This document shows, piece by piece, positions 1 through 8,197 of a stretch of DNA of 24,000 nucleotides. Under the pieces are notes generated by a model that did no database searches, was not told where the DNA came from, and was given only the letters and a program-made list of their open reading frames with translations. How positions within the stretch are numbered: the stretch's first letter is position 1; each line of letters starts with the position of its first letter. The translations under genes were made by a program, and so were the position numbers. The stretch is taken from contig SVJM01000003.1 of assembly GCA_015068975.1 (NCBI GenBank), positions 43,437 to 67,436 of the forward strand, in the 5' to 3' direction. Source of the stretch: Oscillospiraceae bacterium (lineage in GTDB: Bacteria; Bacillota; Clostridia; UMGS1810).

Positions 1-1174
1 TACTCATAATTACAGAATCAACGTCAATGGTAAATTCAGAATCTGCCTTCACCTGAGGTCTTCTTCTGCCTGATTCATCAGGTTCGCCAAGCTCCATTTC
101 TACACATTTGATGCCTGATACGAATTTATTTTCATCAGGCAATATCTCTACAGGGTTTGTAAGAAGCTTGAAGATGATACCTTCTTCTTTTGCATGCTCT
201 ACTTCTTCTTTTCTTGCAGGAAGCTCCTCTTCCCCTCTTCTGTATACTATGTATACATTTTCTGCACCAAGTCTCTTTGCACATCTTGCAGCATCCATGG
301 CAACATTACCACCACCTACAACTGCCACATTTTTCGCATGCTGAATTGGTGTAGTAGAATCCTCTTTGTATGCTTTCATAAGGTTTACTCTTGTAAGGAA
401 TTCATTTGCTGAATATACGCCCTTAAGATTTTCTCCGGGTATATTCATAAATCTTGGAAGTCCAGCGCCTGAGCCAATGAATACTGACTCAAAGCCATAA
501 TCCTTCATAAGCTCGTCTATGGAAAGGACTTTTCCTATAACCATATTTGTTTCAAACTTAACACCAAGGGCTTTAAGTCCGTCGATTTCCTTCTGTACTA
601 TAGCCTTCGGAAGTCTGAATTCAGGAATACCGTACACAAGCACACCGCCTGCAAGATGAAATGCTTCAAATACTGTCACATCATAGCCCATCTTTGCAAG
701 GTCACCTGCACAGGTAAGTCCCGATGGACCTGAACCGATGATTGCTACCTTATGTCCGTTACATTCAGGTTTATTTACTTTTACATTTTCTTTTGCATTA
801 TGGTAATCTGCAACAAATCTTTCAAGTCTGCCTATTGCAACAGGCTCTCCCTTAAGACCTCTTACACATTTTCCTTCACACTGATTTTCCTGAGGACAAA
901 CTCTGCCGCATACTGCAGGAAGTGAGCTTGATTTTGCAATTACATCATATGCAGCATCAAAGTTTCCTTCTGCAACTTCTTTTATAAATGCAGGGATGTC
1001 TATCTGCACAGGGCATCCTGTCACACATGGCTTATGCTTACAGTTTAAGCATCTCTGCGCTTCGTCTATTGCCTGTTCTTCGGTGTATCCCAAAGCAACT
1101 TCCAAAAAGTTTTTGTTTCTTATATCAGGTGCCTGACTTGGCATCTCGTTCTTTTTTGGTGACATATTAGGCAT
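1..1174 (-). CDS. nfnB: NfnB-type NADPH-dependent glutamate-synthase-like oxidoreductase (GltD / homotetrameric GltA family); 3' end cut by window edge
   Basis: Absent from the ORF track because it runs off the window. My translation starts at ATG 1174, with AAGGAGG 8 nt upstream and 1 nt after the nfnA stop. It reads MPNMSPKKNEMPSQAPDIRNKNFLEVALGYTEEQAIDEAQRCLNCKHKPCVTGCPVQIDIPAFI...CGRVCPQENQCEGKCVRG...KVAIIGSGPSGLTCAGDLAKMGYDVTVFEAFHLAGGVLVYGIPEFRLPK...VAVVGGGNVAMDAARCAKRLGA. It has Fe-S Cys clusters and two GxGxxG folds, and the frame stays open to nt 1. Confidence 0.85.
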   Translation of the reverse strand, partial: MPNMSPKKNEMPSQAPDIRNKNFLEVALGYTEEQAIDEAQRCLNCKHKPCVTGCPVQIDIPAFIKEVAEGNFDAAYDVIAKSSSLPAVCGRVCPQENQCEGKCVRGLKGEPVAIGRLERFVADYHNAKENVKVNKPECNGHKVAIIGSGPSGLTCAGDLAKMGYDVTVFEAFHLAGGVLVYGIPEFRLPKAIVQKEIDGLKALGVKFETNMVIGKVLSIDELMKDYGFESVFIGSGAGLPRFMNIPGENLKGVYSANEFLTRVNLMKAYKEDSTTPIQHAKNVAVVGGGNVAMDAARCAKRLGAENVYIVYRRGEEELPARKEEVEHAKEEGIIFKLLTNPVEILPDENKFVSGIKCVEMELGEPDESGRRRPQVKADSEFTIDVDSVIMS

Positions 1175-1175
1175 A

Positions 1176-2018
1176 TTACTTTACCTCCTTGCTGAACAGA
1201 TTACAGGTTGATTCGTGAGCGTGTCTTTCAAAAGGTTTATACATTGAAGACCTCTCGATAGCTTCGTCAAAGTCCACAAGGTGTCCGTCAAAATCAGGAC
1301 CGTCAACACATGCAAACTTTGTCTCGCCGCCAACTGTAAGTCGGCAACCGCCACACATTCCTGTACCGTCTATCATAATAGGATTCATACTTACAACTGT
1401 TTTGATGCCAAATTCCTTAGTAAGAAGGCAAACGAACTTCATCATAATAAGTGGACCGATAACAATTACCTGGTCATATTTGTTGCCTGCTTCAATAAGT
1501 TTTCGCAAAGCATCTGTTACAAGGCCCTTTTCCCCATGGCTTCCGTCATCTGTCATCATATAAAGCTCTGATGATGCATTCTTGAATTCTTCTTCCAAAA
1601 TAACAAGATCCTTGTTTCTGAAGCCTACTACAGAATGAACCTCACATCCCATATCGTGAAGCTTCTTTGCAATAGGATATGCAATGGCGCAACCAACACC
1701 ACCGCCTACTACTGCAACTTTTTTTAGCCCCTCTGTGTGTGTAGCCACACCAAGAGGACCTACAAAGTCCTGAATGAACTCTCCTTCATTTTTGTGATTT
1801 AATTTTTCTGTGGTAGCACCTACAATCTGGAATATGATTGTAACTGTTCCCTTCTCTCTGTCAAAATCAGCAATAGTTAGAGGGATTCTCTCTCCTTCTT
1901 CGTCTACACGTAGTATTATGAACTGTCCCGGTTCCGCCTTCTTTGCAACAAAAGGCGCTTCAATCTCCATAAGAGTAACTGTAGGGTTCAGTTCCTTTTT
2001 CTTAACAATTTTATACAT
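1176..2018 (-). CDS. nfnA: NfnA-type sulfide/dihydroorotate dehydrogenase-like FAD/NAD-binding subunit (ferredoxin-NADP reductase fold with C-terminal [2Fe-2S] Cys motif)
   Basis: 280-aa ORF with AAGGAGG before the ATG. Motifs: RIPLTIADFD, VVGGGVGCAIAYPIAKKL, CGGCRL...FACVDGPDF. It is tightly coupled to the downstream GltD-like gene, the classic NfnAB arrangement. Confidence 0.85.
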   Translation of the reverse strand: MYKIVKKKELNPTVTLMEIEAPFVAKKAEPGQFIILRVDEEGERIPLTIADFDREKGTVTIIFQIVGATTEKLNHKNEGEFIQDFVGPLGVATHTEGLKKVAVVGGGVGCAIAYPIAKKLHDMGCEVHSVVGFRNKDLVILEEEFKNASSELYMMTDDGSHGEKGLVTDALRKLIEAGNKYDQVIVIGPLIMMKFVCLLTKEFGIKTVVSMNPIMIDGTGMCGGCRLTVGGETKFACVDGPDFDGHLVDFDEAIERSSMYKPFERHAHESTCNLFSKEVK

Positions 2019-2070
2019 AGGATTTCCTCCTTAAAAAATATCAAAAGTAAAATTTTAATAGATAAGGGTA

Positions 2071-2099
2071 ATTTTATCACAAAATCCTCTGGATTGCAA
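2071..2099 (-). promoter_or_regulatory. Candidate sigma-A promoter for nfnAB
   Basis: Minus strand reads TTGCAA (2099-2094), a 17-nt spacer, then TG-A-TAAAAT (-10 at 2076-2071). It lies about 50 nt upstream of the nfnA ATG. Confidence 0.35.
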
Positions 2100-2143
2100 C
2101 AAAAAATTGCTCTATTCTTAAAATATAAATACAAAAAGCACTT

Positions 2144-2959
2144 TTACAAAGAATTTTTCCGTTTTCTGTATTCAGAGGGTGTCATCCCCACGAGAAGCCG
2201 GAACTTTCTGGAAAAATAGTTTATATCTCCGAATCCCACAGAGTCTGCTATCTCGCCTATGCTCATATTTGTTCTCAAAAGGTATGTCTTTGCCCGTTCA
2301 ATACGCACCTCATTTACGTATTTCATCATACTTTTGCCTGATTTCTCCTTAAAAAATGAAGAAAGATAGCTTTCACTTACAAAAAACTTCTCTGCTATCA
2401 TACCAACTGTGATCTCTTCGTCATAATGGTCATTTATATAAATAACTATGTCGTTGAATTTATCGTATACCTTGAAATTTTTCATATACTGTGTCCTGTC
2501 AAACACTTCCTGTACGTGCTCCTTACAGATAATCTCAAAAAACTCATACATATGCTTCTTCATATATATTTCTTTATTGAAATCATCGGATTCATAGCAT
2601 TTAATCACATTGTCAAGCAGGTCTGCGCATCTTTTGTCACGGATAAGATTTTTGAACACCACATATTTTCCGCCGATAAGATTTGAAAAGAAATCCGTAC
2701 GAAGATGGATACAATGATATGTAGCTGGAAATCCCCTCTTTGTGGCTTTGTGGAGTTCATTCATATTTACAAATATGATATCTCCGTTTTTTGTATGGAT
2801 TTCCTCAAGATTACAGTCCACATATGTACGGTCATCATGGTAATAAAGTATCTCTATTATCTCGTGCCAATGAAGACTTGCCGAATTGTAGTTCTCAAAG
2901 GTTTTTATGGTTATATGATCTTCTCTGTGAGGGATTCTCTCGTATGTGGAAGGTTTCAT
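2144..2959 (-). CDS. AraC family transcriptional regulator (N-terminal cupin-like sensor, C-terminal HTH_18)
   Basis: C-terminus reads ITVGMIAEKFFVSESYLSSFFKEKSGKSMMKYVNEVRIERAKTYLLRTNMSIGEIADSVGFGDINYFSRKFRLLVGMTPSEYRK, a typical AraC double HTH. I prefer ATG 2959 (GGAG 8 nt upstream) over the GTG at 2968 used by the track. Confidence 0.85.
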   Translation of the reverse strand: MKPSTYERIPHREDHITIKTFENYNSASLHWHEIIEILYYHDDRTYVDCNLEEIHTKNGDIIFVNMNELHKATKRGFPATYHCIHLRTDFFSNLIGGKYVVFKNLIRDKRCADLLDNVIKCYESDDFNKEIYMKKHMYEFFEIICKEHVQEVFDRTQYMKNFKVYDKFNDIVIYINDHYDEEITVGMIAEKFFVSESYLSSFFKEKSGKSMMKYVNEVRIERAKTYLLRTNMSIGEIADSVGFGDINYFSRKFRLLVGMTPSEYRKRKNSL

Positions 2960-3076
2960 ACTATACACTCCAAAATAGTAATTTCATATTATAGAATAGT
3001 TTTGTGCTATTATTTATGACACACATATGATACAATAATCCCATAAAAAAGTCAACCATATAAGGAGATGTGTAAT

Positions 3077-4378
3077 ATGAAAAAACTTACCGCAATAGTA
3101 GTGGGAGCAGGCAACAGAGCCGACGTTTACTCTTCACACGCACTTAAACACCCTGATGAACTTCAGATTGTAGGCGTAGTGGATCCTGATCCTAAAAGAG
3201 TGGAGTATTTTAAGGATAAATTTTCTATCAGTGAAGAAAATTGCTATTCTTCTCTTGAAGAACTATTAAAAAGAGATAAATTTGCAGACTTTGTAATCAA
3301 CGGCACAATGGATCATATTCATGTAAAAACAAGTATACCTGTGCTTGAAAAAGGATATAATTTACTCCTTGAAAAACCCTTTGCAGTAAACGAAGAAGAA
3401 ATGAAGCATCTCTGTGATACCGCTGATAAATACGGAAACAAAATTGTCATATGTCACGTATTGAGATATACAGACTTCTACAGAGCAATCAAAGACAGTA
3501 TCTTAAAGGGTGATGTGGGCGATATAGTATCCATAGAAATGAACGAGCACGTAAACTATATCCATATGTGTGTATCATATGTAAGAGGCAAATGGAGATC
3601 TGAAGAAGTATGCTTTGCACCAATGCTTCTTGCCAAATCCTGTCACGATGTGGACATTATGATGTGGTTGATGAATCACACCAGACCTGAAAGAGTGGTA
3701 AGCTTCGGATCAGACTTCCAGTATGGTCCTGAAAGAAAGCCTGATAATGCAGGAAATCGCTGTATGGTGAATTGTCCGTTGAAAGACAACTGCATATATG
3801 ACTGTGAAAAGAATTATATAACCCCACGAAGATGGAGATTCTATGTAACTCAGCCAATAGGCGAGGATGCAAACTGTCCTGAAGAAATAATTACCGAATC
3901 ATTTAAGAAAGAAAACCACTTCGGAGAATGTGCATGGAACTTTGACCGTGGCGGAAATGTGGACCATCAGGCAGTTATAGTTAACTTTGAGAACGGAGCC
4001 ACAGGCACATTCACAATGACAGGCGGTAGCGCAAGAAGCGAAAGAAACATACATATCATAGGTACAAAGGGCGAAATCAAAGGTATATTTGAGGATCAGA
4101 AGTTTGTAATAAGAACCAAAAATCCAAAGTCCACAAAAGAAGATGGAACAGACGGTTATACAGAAAAACTCATTGATCTTAAAATAACCGGCGATATGAT
4201 CGGTCAGAAAGGCGGTCACGGCGGCGGTGATCAGAAGATGATGGTGGATCTTATGCATTATCTTAACGGAGAAGAACCAAGTGTATCCTGCACAACCCTT
4301 AAGGACTCCACAATCAGTCATCACACAGTATTTATGGCGGAAAAGTCAAGAAAAACAGGAAAGATAATAGAACTGTAA
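3077..4378 (+). CDS. Gfo/Idh/MocA family NAD(P)-dependent oxidoreductase
   Basis: N-terminal Rossmann motif KLTAIVVGAGNRADVYSSHAL and an EKP motif (LLLEKPFAV). ATG 3077 lies 9 nt after AAGGAG; ATG 3068 abuts the RBS. Divergent from the AraC gene. Confidence 0.85.
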   Translation: MKKLTAIVVGAGNRADVYSSHALKHPDELQIVGVVDPDPKRVEYFKDKFSISEENCYSSLEELLKRDKFADFVINGTMDHIHVKTSIPVLEKGYNLLLEKPFAVNEEEMKHLCDTADKYGNKIVICHVLRYTDFYRAIKDSILKGDVGDIVSIEMNEHVNYIHMCVSYVRGKWRSEEVCFAPMLLAKSCHDVDIMMWLMNHTRPERVVSFGSDFQYGPERKPDNAGNRCMVNCPLKDNCIYDCEKNYITPRRWRFYVTQPIGEDANCPEEIITESFKKENHFGECAWNFDRGGNVDHQAVIVNFENGATGTFTMTGGSARSERNIHIIGTKGEIKGIFEDQKFVIRTKNPKSTKEDGTDGYTEKLIDLKITGDMIGQKGGHGGGDQKMMVDLMHYLNGEEPSVSCTTLKDSTISHHTVFMAEKSRKTGKIIEL

Positions 4379-4382
4379 TTAT

Positions 4383-4552
4383 AAAAAAGGGATGTATCTT
4401 TAAACATTTTATATGTATAAAAACACAAAAATTGTAGGGGTCGATGCCTTCATCGACCCGAAAAATTCTTTGATTACGGGCGGATGATGGCATCCGCCCC
4501 TACAGAATGAACATTTATACATACTTTGTTTTAAAGAGACTGTCCCTTTTTT
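4383..4552. repeat. Nested quasi-palindromic intergenic element (REP/MITE-like) that probably also acts as a bidirectional terminator
   Basis: Three nested inverted-repeat pairs. Outer: AAAAAAGGGATGTATCTTTAAA 4383-4404 against 4531-4552. Middle: TATGTATAAA 4412-4421 against 4514-4523. Inner: TGTAGG 4434-4439 against CCTACA 4499-4504. Two internal hairpins: GGGTCGATG-CCTT-CATCGACCC (4438-4459) and GGGCGGATG-ATGG-CATCCGCCC (4478-4499). It sits between convergent genes. Confidence 0.6.
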
Positions 4553-5457
4553 GTTATATACAGTTTCGATACATATTCTTGTTTACTTTTTGCCTCTATC
4601 ACATCTATCTTAGAAAGCTCATCATCAAATGATGAATTGATAGCATCCACCATACAGTTCTGTGGCTCTAAACAGATAAACTCACTTCCGTCACCATTGT
4701 ATATAAGACGGAAATTAAACTTCTTATCTGTTTCGTATACAAGTGTCACATTTTTCTTTGTATCAAGGAGTGCGATTTCTCCATTATCATCTACCCTGTA
4801 ATGTCTGCTTATGGGATTTGATGCAGTTTTGAATGTACCCTTACAAAGTGCTTCTGTTATATCATCAGCCTTGGGTATGTTACCTGTAGGAAGATAATTT
4901 TGCCCTCTTTCTATATAATCAGATACTCCGCATTTGATAAGCACATTATCTACAAAAGAATCCTTTATAAAAGGCACATTGAATGTAGTATGAAAGCCAA
5001 GTAATGATGGCATATCATAATCTGACAGATTGCATATGGTGATTTTTTGCTCAACTCCATCATCCGAAAGAATGTATTCCATTATCACCTTTATACTGTG
5101 AGGGAAATCCTCAGTTCGTGTAATATCGCAACTGCACTTAATATAATCCTCTCTCACTTCTTCTGTCACAAACTCAGCATCATGAAGAAATCCGTGCAAA
5201 TGGCAACCTGTAGCAGGTTCATTTACGGGAAATCTGTAAAGTCTACCCTGAAAAACAAACTCTCCCTTTGATATCCTGTTTATAGGAAAAAGCAAGGGCA
5301 TACCATAAGTATAAGGATTGTGAAGCTTTGAATAATCGGGTGTGCGGAGGATATCTGCATTGTACTTACTGTTTGTAAGAGATATAAGGTTTGCACCTCT
5401 GGACAAATTTACTTTTGCTTTGTAATTTCCTGATTTAAGATTTATTATATTTTCCAT
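4531..5457 (-). CDS. Aldose 1-epimerase (galactose mutarotase-like) family protein
   Basis: 308 aa with the family pattern GANLISL...PLLFPINRI...GFLHD...LGFHTTFN...ICLEPQN. Its start codon directly follows the stop of the upstream dehydrogenase (TAA-ATG). Confidence 0.75.
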   Translation of the reverse strand: MENIINLKSGNYKAKVNLSRGANLISLTNSKYNADILRTPDYSKLHNPYTYGMPLLFPINRISKGEFVFQGRLYRFPVNEPATGCHLHGFLHDAEFVTEEVREDYIKCSCDITRTEDFPHSIKVIMEYILSDDGVEQKITICNLSDYDMPSLLGFHTTFNVPFIKDSFVDNVLIKCGVSDYIERGQNYLPTGNIPKADDITEALCKGTFKTASNPISRHYRVDDNGEIALLDTKKNVTLVYETDKKFNFRLIYNGDGSEFICLEPQNCMVDAINSSFDDELSKIDVIEAKSKQEYVSKLYITKKGQSL

Positions 5458-6405
5458 TTATACCACCCTGTTGTAACTTTCGCCATTAAGAAATGCTTTT
5501 ATATTCTTGACAGTTTCTTCAAGACACAGATTTCTTGCTTCACTTGATGCCCATGCAATGTGAGGGGTAAGGATTACATTGGGATAGTTTCTTACTTCAT
5601 AGAGAGGATTGTCCTCACTCAATGGTTCCTTTGAAAACACGTCTATGCCTATTCCGCCGATCTTGTCATTCTTAACTGCATCTGCAAGGGCACCTTCATC
5701 TGCCACAAGTCCTCTTGCCACATTTATAAGGATTGTATCCTTTTTCATCTTTAATATTCTATCTTTGTTGATAAGGTTTTTTGTTGCATCTGTAAGAGGT
5801 GTATGGATGGATATAATATCTGATTTTTCCACAAGAGTGTCTATGTCCACACATTCCATTCCGTCAACGGGTGTACGTTTGTTCACTATGACCTTACAGC
5901 CAAGGGCCTCTGCAATAAGCTTTACCTTCATACCTATATTGCCGCAGCCTACAATCCCCCATACCTTTCCTTCCATCTGATGATATACAGGATCAAGGTA
6001 ATTGTGGAGTCCGCTTTTGGTATAGCTGCCGTCACTTACATAATGGGTGTATTCTTTCATTCTGCCCATAAGGTTAAGAGCAAGGGTAATCGTCAGCTGT
6101 GCTACGGAATTTGTGGAATATCCCACCACGTTACATACTGCGATATTTCTCTTTTTGCAGTATTCTGTATCTATATTGTCATAGCCTGTAGCAAATTCGC
6201 ATATAAGCTTAAGGTTTTTGGCTGACTTAAGATTGCCTGCGGTAAGCTTCACCTTGTTTAAAAGTACAATATCGCTATCTTTAATTCTCTCTTCTACCAT
6301 ACTATCTTCTGTCATATCATATACTTCTACTTCTCCAAAAGCTTTAAGCACATCAAGGTCAAGATCATAGCCAAATGTTTTGTAGTCAAGAAGGGTAAGT
6401 TTCAT
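5458..6405 (-). CDS. D-isomer-specific 2-hydroxyacid dehydrogenase (glycerate dehydrogenase / hydroxypyruvate reductase-like)
   Basis: 315 aa with the NAD site WGIVGCGNIGMKVKLIAEALGCKV, plus INVARGLVADEGALADAV and LTPHIAWAS (catalytic His region). Confidence 0.85.
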   Translation of the reverse strand: MKLTLLDYKTFGYDLDLDVLKAFGEVEVYDMTEDSMVEERIKDSDIVLLNKVKLTAGNLKSAKNLKLICEFATGYDNIDTEYCKKRNIAVCNVVGYSTNSVAQLTITLALNLMGRMKEYTHYVSDGSYTKSGLHNYLDPVYHQMEGKVWGIVGCGNIGMKVKLIAEALGCKVIVNKRTPVDGMECVDIDTLVEKSDIISIHTPLTDATKNLINKDRILKMKKDTILINVARGLVADEGALADAVKNDKIGGIGIDVFSKEPLSEDNPLYEVRNYPNVILTPHIAWASSEARNLCLEETVKNIKAFLNGESYNRVV

Positions 6406-6457
6406 TTATATCACGTCCGTTTATTGATTATGTGTTAATTTTAGCATCTTTTGTAAT

Positions 6458-6516
6458 CATTTTCAATACAAAGTAAAACATATTTGTATTGAAAATTTAC
6501 ACTTTTGGTTATATAA
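6458..6516 (+). promoter_or_regulatory. Near-consensus promoter for mnmA overlapped by a perfect 14-bp inverted repeat (candidate operator)
   Basis: ATTTTCAATACAAA (6458-6471) and TTTGTATTGAAAAT (6482-6495) are exact reverse complements separated by 10 nt. TTGAAA (6488-6493) lies inside the right arm, followed by a 17-nt spacer and TATAAT (6511-6516). Confidence 0.45.
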
Positions 6517-6550
6517 TATCTATATGAATTCTATTTTTTTGGAGATAAAT

Positions 6551-7624
6551 ATGTCAAAAAAAGCATTAATAGCGATGAGTGGCGGAGTGGACAGTTCTGT
6601 TGCCGCACTTATTATGAAAAATAATCAATATGAATGTATCGGCGCAACAATGATACTTGCCGATGAAAAGATAATGCACAGTGATGCTGCATGCTGTAAC
6701 GAGGAAAATATCTCTGATGCAAAGAAAGTATGCGAAAGGCTTGGTATGGAGCATTTTGTATATGACTTTTCATCAGATTTCCAGACTGAAGTAATAGACA
6801 GATTTGTATGTGCATACAAATGCGGTGAAACACCAAACCCCTGTGTGGACTGCAACAGATTTATCAAATGGGGACTTCTATTTGAAAAATGCGAAGAACT
6901 GGGTTGCGAAAAGATAGTCACAGGACACTATGCACAGGTGGTATATGACAAAGATACAGAGAAATGGCTATTAAAGAAAGGGCTTGATCATTCCAAGGAT
7001 CAAAGCTATGTACTGTACTCACTTACACAGAAACAGCTTGAAAAGATTTCTCTGCCACTTGGCTCTATGAGTAAGGATGAAGTGAGAAATATTGCTGAGG
7101 AAAGCGGCTTTGTAAATTCTCACAAAAAAGATAGCCAGGATATATGCTTTGTGCCTGACGGGGATTATGCGAAGTTTATAGAAGATTATACAAAGGAAAC
7201 CTTCCCTCAGGGTGATTATGTGGATAAATCGGGAAATTTTCTTGGCAAACATCAGGGAATCATCCGTTATACAAGAGGACAGAGAAAGGGTCTTGGAATC
7301 GCTCTGGGAAAAAGAACATTTGTCCTTGATGTGAATGTAAATGAAAATAAGGTAGTACTTGGAGAAAACGAGGATTTGTTTTCAAAAGAGCTTATCGCAG
7401 AGGATATAAACCTTATATCCATAGACAAAATCATCGACGGAATGAAAGTAAAGGCAAAAATAAGATATAATCATACCGAAGCGGATGCATCAGTTTATTA
7501 TATAGACGATAATTCATTTAAGGTGGTATTTGATGAGCCCCAAAGAGCCATTACAAAAGGTCAGGCAGTAGTGCTCTATGATGGGGATACAGTGATAGGC
7601 GGCGGAAAAATAGTAAAGTATTAA
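6551..7624 (+). CDS. mnmA: tRNA 2-thiouridine(34) synthase MnmA
   Basis: PP-loop motif ALIAMSGGVDSSVAA, then NPCVDCNRFIKW, DQSYVL and ITKGQAVVLYDGD..IGGG. ATG 6551 lies 6 nt after GGAG, so I prefer it to the track start at 6524. Confidence 0.9.
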   Translation: MSKKALIAMSGGVDSSVAALIMKNNQYECIGATMILADEKIMHSDAACCNEENISDAKKVCERLGMEHFVYDFSSDFQTEVIDRFVCAYKCGETPNPCVDCNRFIKWGLLFEKCEELGCEKIVTGHYAQVVYDKDTEKWLLKKGLDHSKDQSYVLYSLTQKQLEKISLPLGSMSKDEVRNIAEESGFVNSHKKDSQDICFVPDGDYAKFIEDYTKETFPQGDYVDKSGNFLGKHQGIIRYTRGQRKGLGIALGKRTFVLDVNVNENKVVLGENEDLFSKELIAEDINLISIDKIIDGMKVKAKIRYNHTEADASVYYIDDNSFKVVFDEPQRAITKGQAVVLYDGDTVIGGGKIVKY

Positions 7625-7664
7625 AAAACTTACCAAAAGGGACGGTCCCTTTTGGTAAGTTTTT
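7625..7664. terminator. Bidirectional intrinsic terminator between mnmA and the convergent small ORF
   Basis: AAAAACTTACCAAAAGGGA-CGG-TCCCTTTTGGTAAGTTTTT, a perfect ~15-bp stem flanked by an A-run and a T-run. Confidence 0.8.
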
Positions 7665-7945
7665 TAATATTTATTCTTAAGAATCATTCCAAGCTCATAC
7701 ATATATTTCATCCCATTCCCAAAACTTTTTTTCATGATATAGTCATCATACATCTGTATAGCTCCGAGAAGTCTGTCCATTGTAGGTTTTTGTTCAGGAG
7801 TGATACTTTCTCTCAAATCTTCGATGCATTTCTTAAGGTGCTCTTCACGTTTCGAATATTCTTTATCAAAAAATTTTTCTCTATCAAATTTTTTCGCCTG
7901 ACTGTTGTATATATCCATAACCATATCAGTATCCATATTAAACAT
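7664..7945 (-). CDS. Small hypothetical protein (93 aa, charged and helical, no recognised domain)
   Basis: ORF reads MFNMDTDMVMDIYNSQAKKFDREKFFDKEYSKREEHLKKCIEDLRESITPEQKPTMDRLLGAIQMYDDYIMKKSFGNGMKYMYELGMILKNKY. AAGGGG lies 7 nt upstream of ATG 7945; ATG 7951 is only 1 nt from it. The ORF ends inside the bidirectional terminator. The antisense 104-aa ORF looks like low-complexity junk. Confidence 0.55.
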   Translation of the reverse strand: MFNMDTDMVMDIYNSQAKKFDREKFFDKEYSKREEHLKKCIEDLRESITPEQKPTMDRLLGAIQMYDDYIMKKSFGNGMKYMYELGMILKNKY

Positions 7946-7964
7946 AATCATTCCCCTTTTCCAT

Positions 7965-8117
7965 AAAAAAAGCGCACCGAAACCGATGCGCCAAAAACAC
8001 CGATCTCAATTAGTGCGACCTAATCCTCTACTAACAGTAACAAGGGAAAAGACCAGTGTTTTTATCATATACACTGCCCTTGTTACTATTTTTTTAGTCA
8101 TATTCAGATTAAGTCGC
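7965..8117 (-). ncRNA. Candidate structured leader RNA (riboswitch/attenuator-like, class unknown) ending in an intrinsic terminator just before the small ORF
   Basis: Minus-strand RNA. P1 is GCGACUUAAUC (8117-8107) paired with GAUUAGGUCGC (8025-8015); its single non-Watson-Crick pair is G-U on this strand but C-A on the other. P2 is AGUAACAAGGG/CCCUUGUUACU (8087-8077 / 8046-8036), extended by CAGUGU/ACACUG (8076-8071 / 8059-8054). The terminator is GCGCAUCG-GUUU-CGGUGCGC (7991-7972) followed by U7 (7971-7965). The RBS of the ORF starts 7 nt later. Confidence 0.45.
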
Positions 8118-8123
8118 AAACAT

Positions 8124-8151
8124 ATTATACCACAAATTAAAAAAATTACAA
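8124..8151 (-). promoter_or_regulatory. Sigma-A promoter with extended -10 driving the structured leader
   Basis: Minus strand reads TTGTAA (8151-8146), a 16-nt spacer ending in TG-G, then TATAAT (8129-8124). A G at 8117 is 7 nt downstream and coincides with the first base of helix P1. Confidence 0.5.
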
Positions 8152-8197
8152 TAGGTTTTGTAATCAAAAAGGATAATATATTGATGATAATAATAAA

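Noticed and set aside
2968-2968. Track start codons GTG 2968, ATG 3068, ATG 6524, ATG 7951, ATG 15310 and TTG 22814
   Set aside because: In each case a downstream in-frame ATG (2959, 3077, 6551, 7945, 15295, 22811) has a GGAG-type RBS at 6-9 nt. The upstream codon either abuts the RBS or lacks one.
2974-3000. AATAGT direct repeat spaced 21 bp in the AraC/oxidoreductase divergent region, as an AraC-type half-site pair
   Set aside because: The shared core is only 6 nt in very AT-rich DNA, so chance recurrence is likely. The spacing is suggestive, but this is not enough to call a site.
7652-7966. 104-aa plus-strand ORF antisense to the small 93-aa gene
   Set aside because: It starts inside the mnmA terminator stem, has no RBS and has an F/I/K-rich composition. 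The minus-strand ORF has an RBS and balanced, helical-looking composition.
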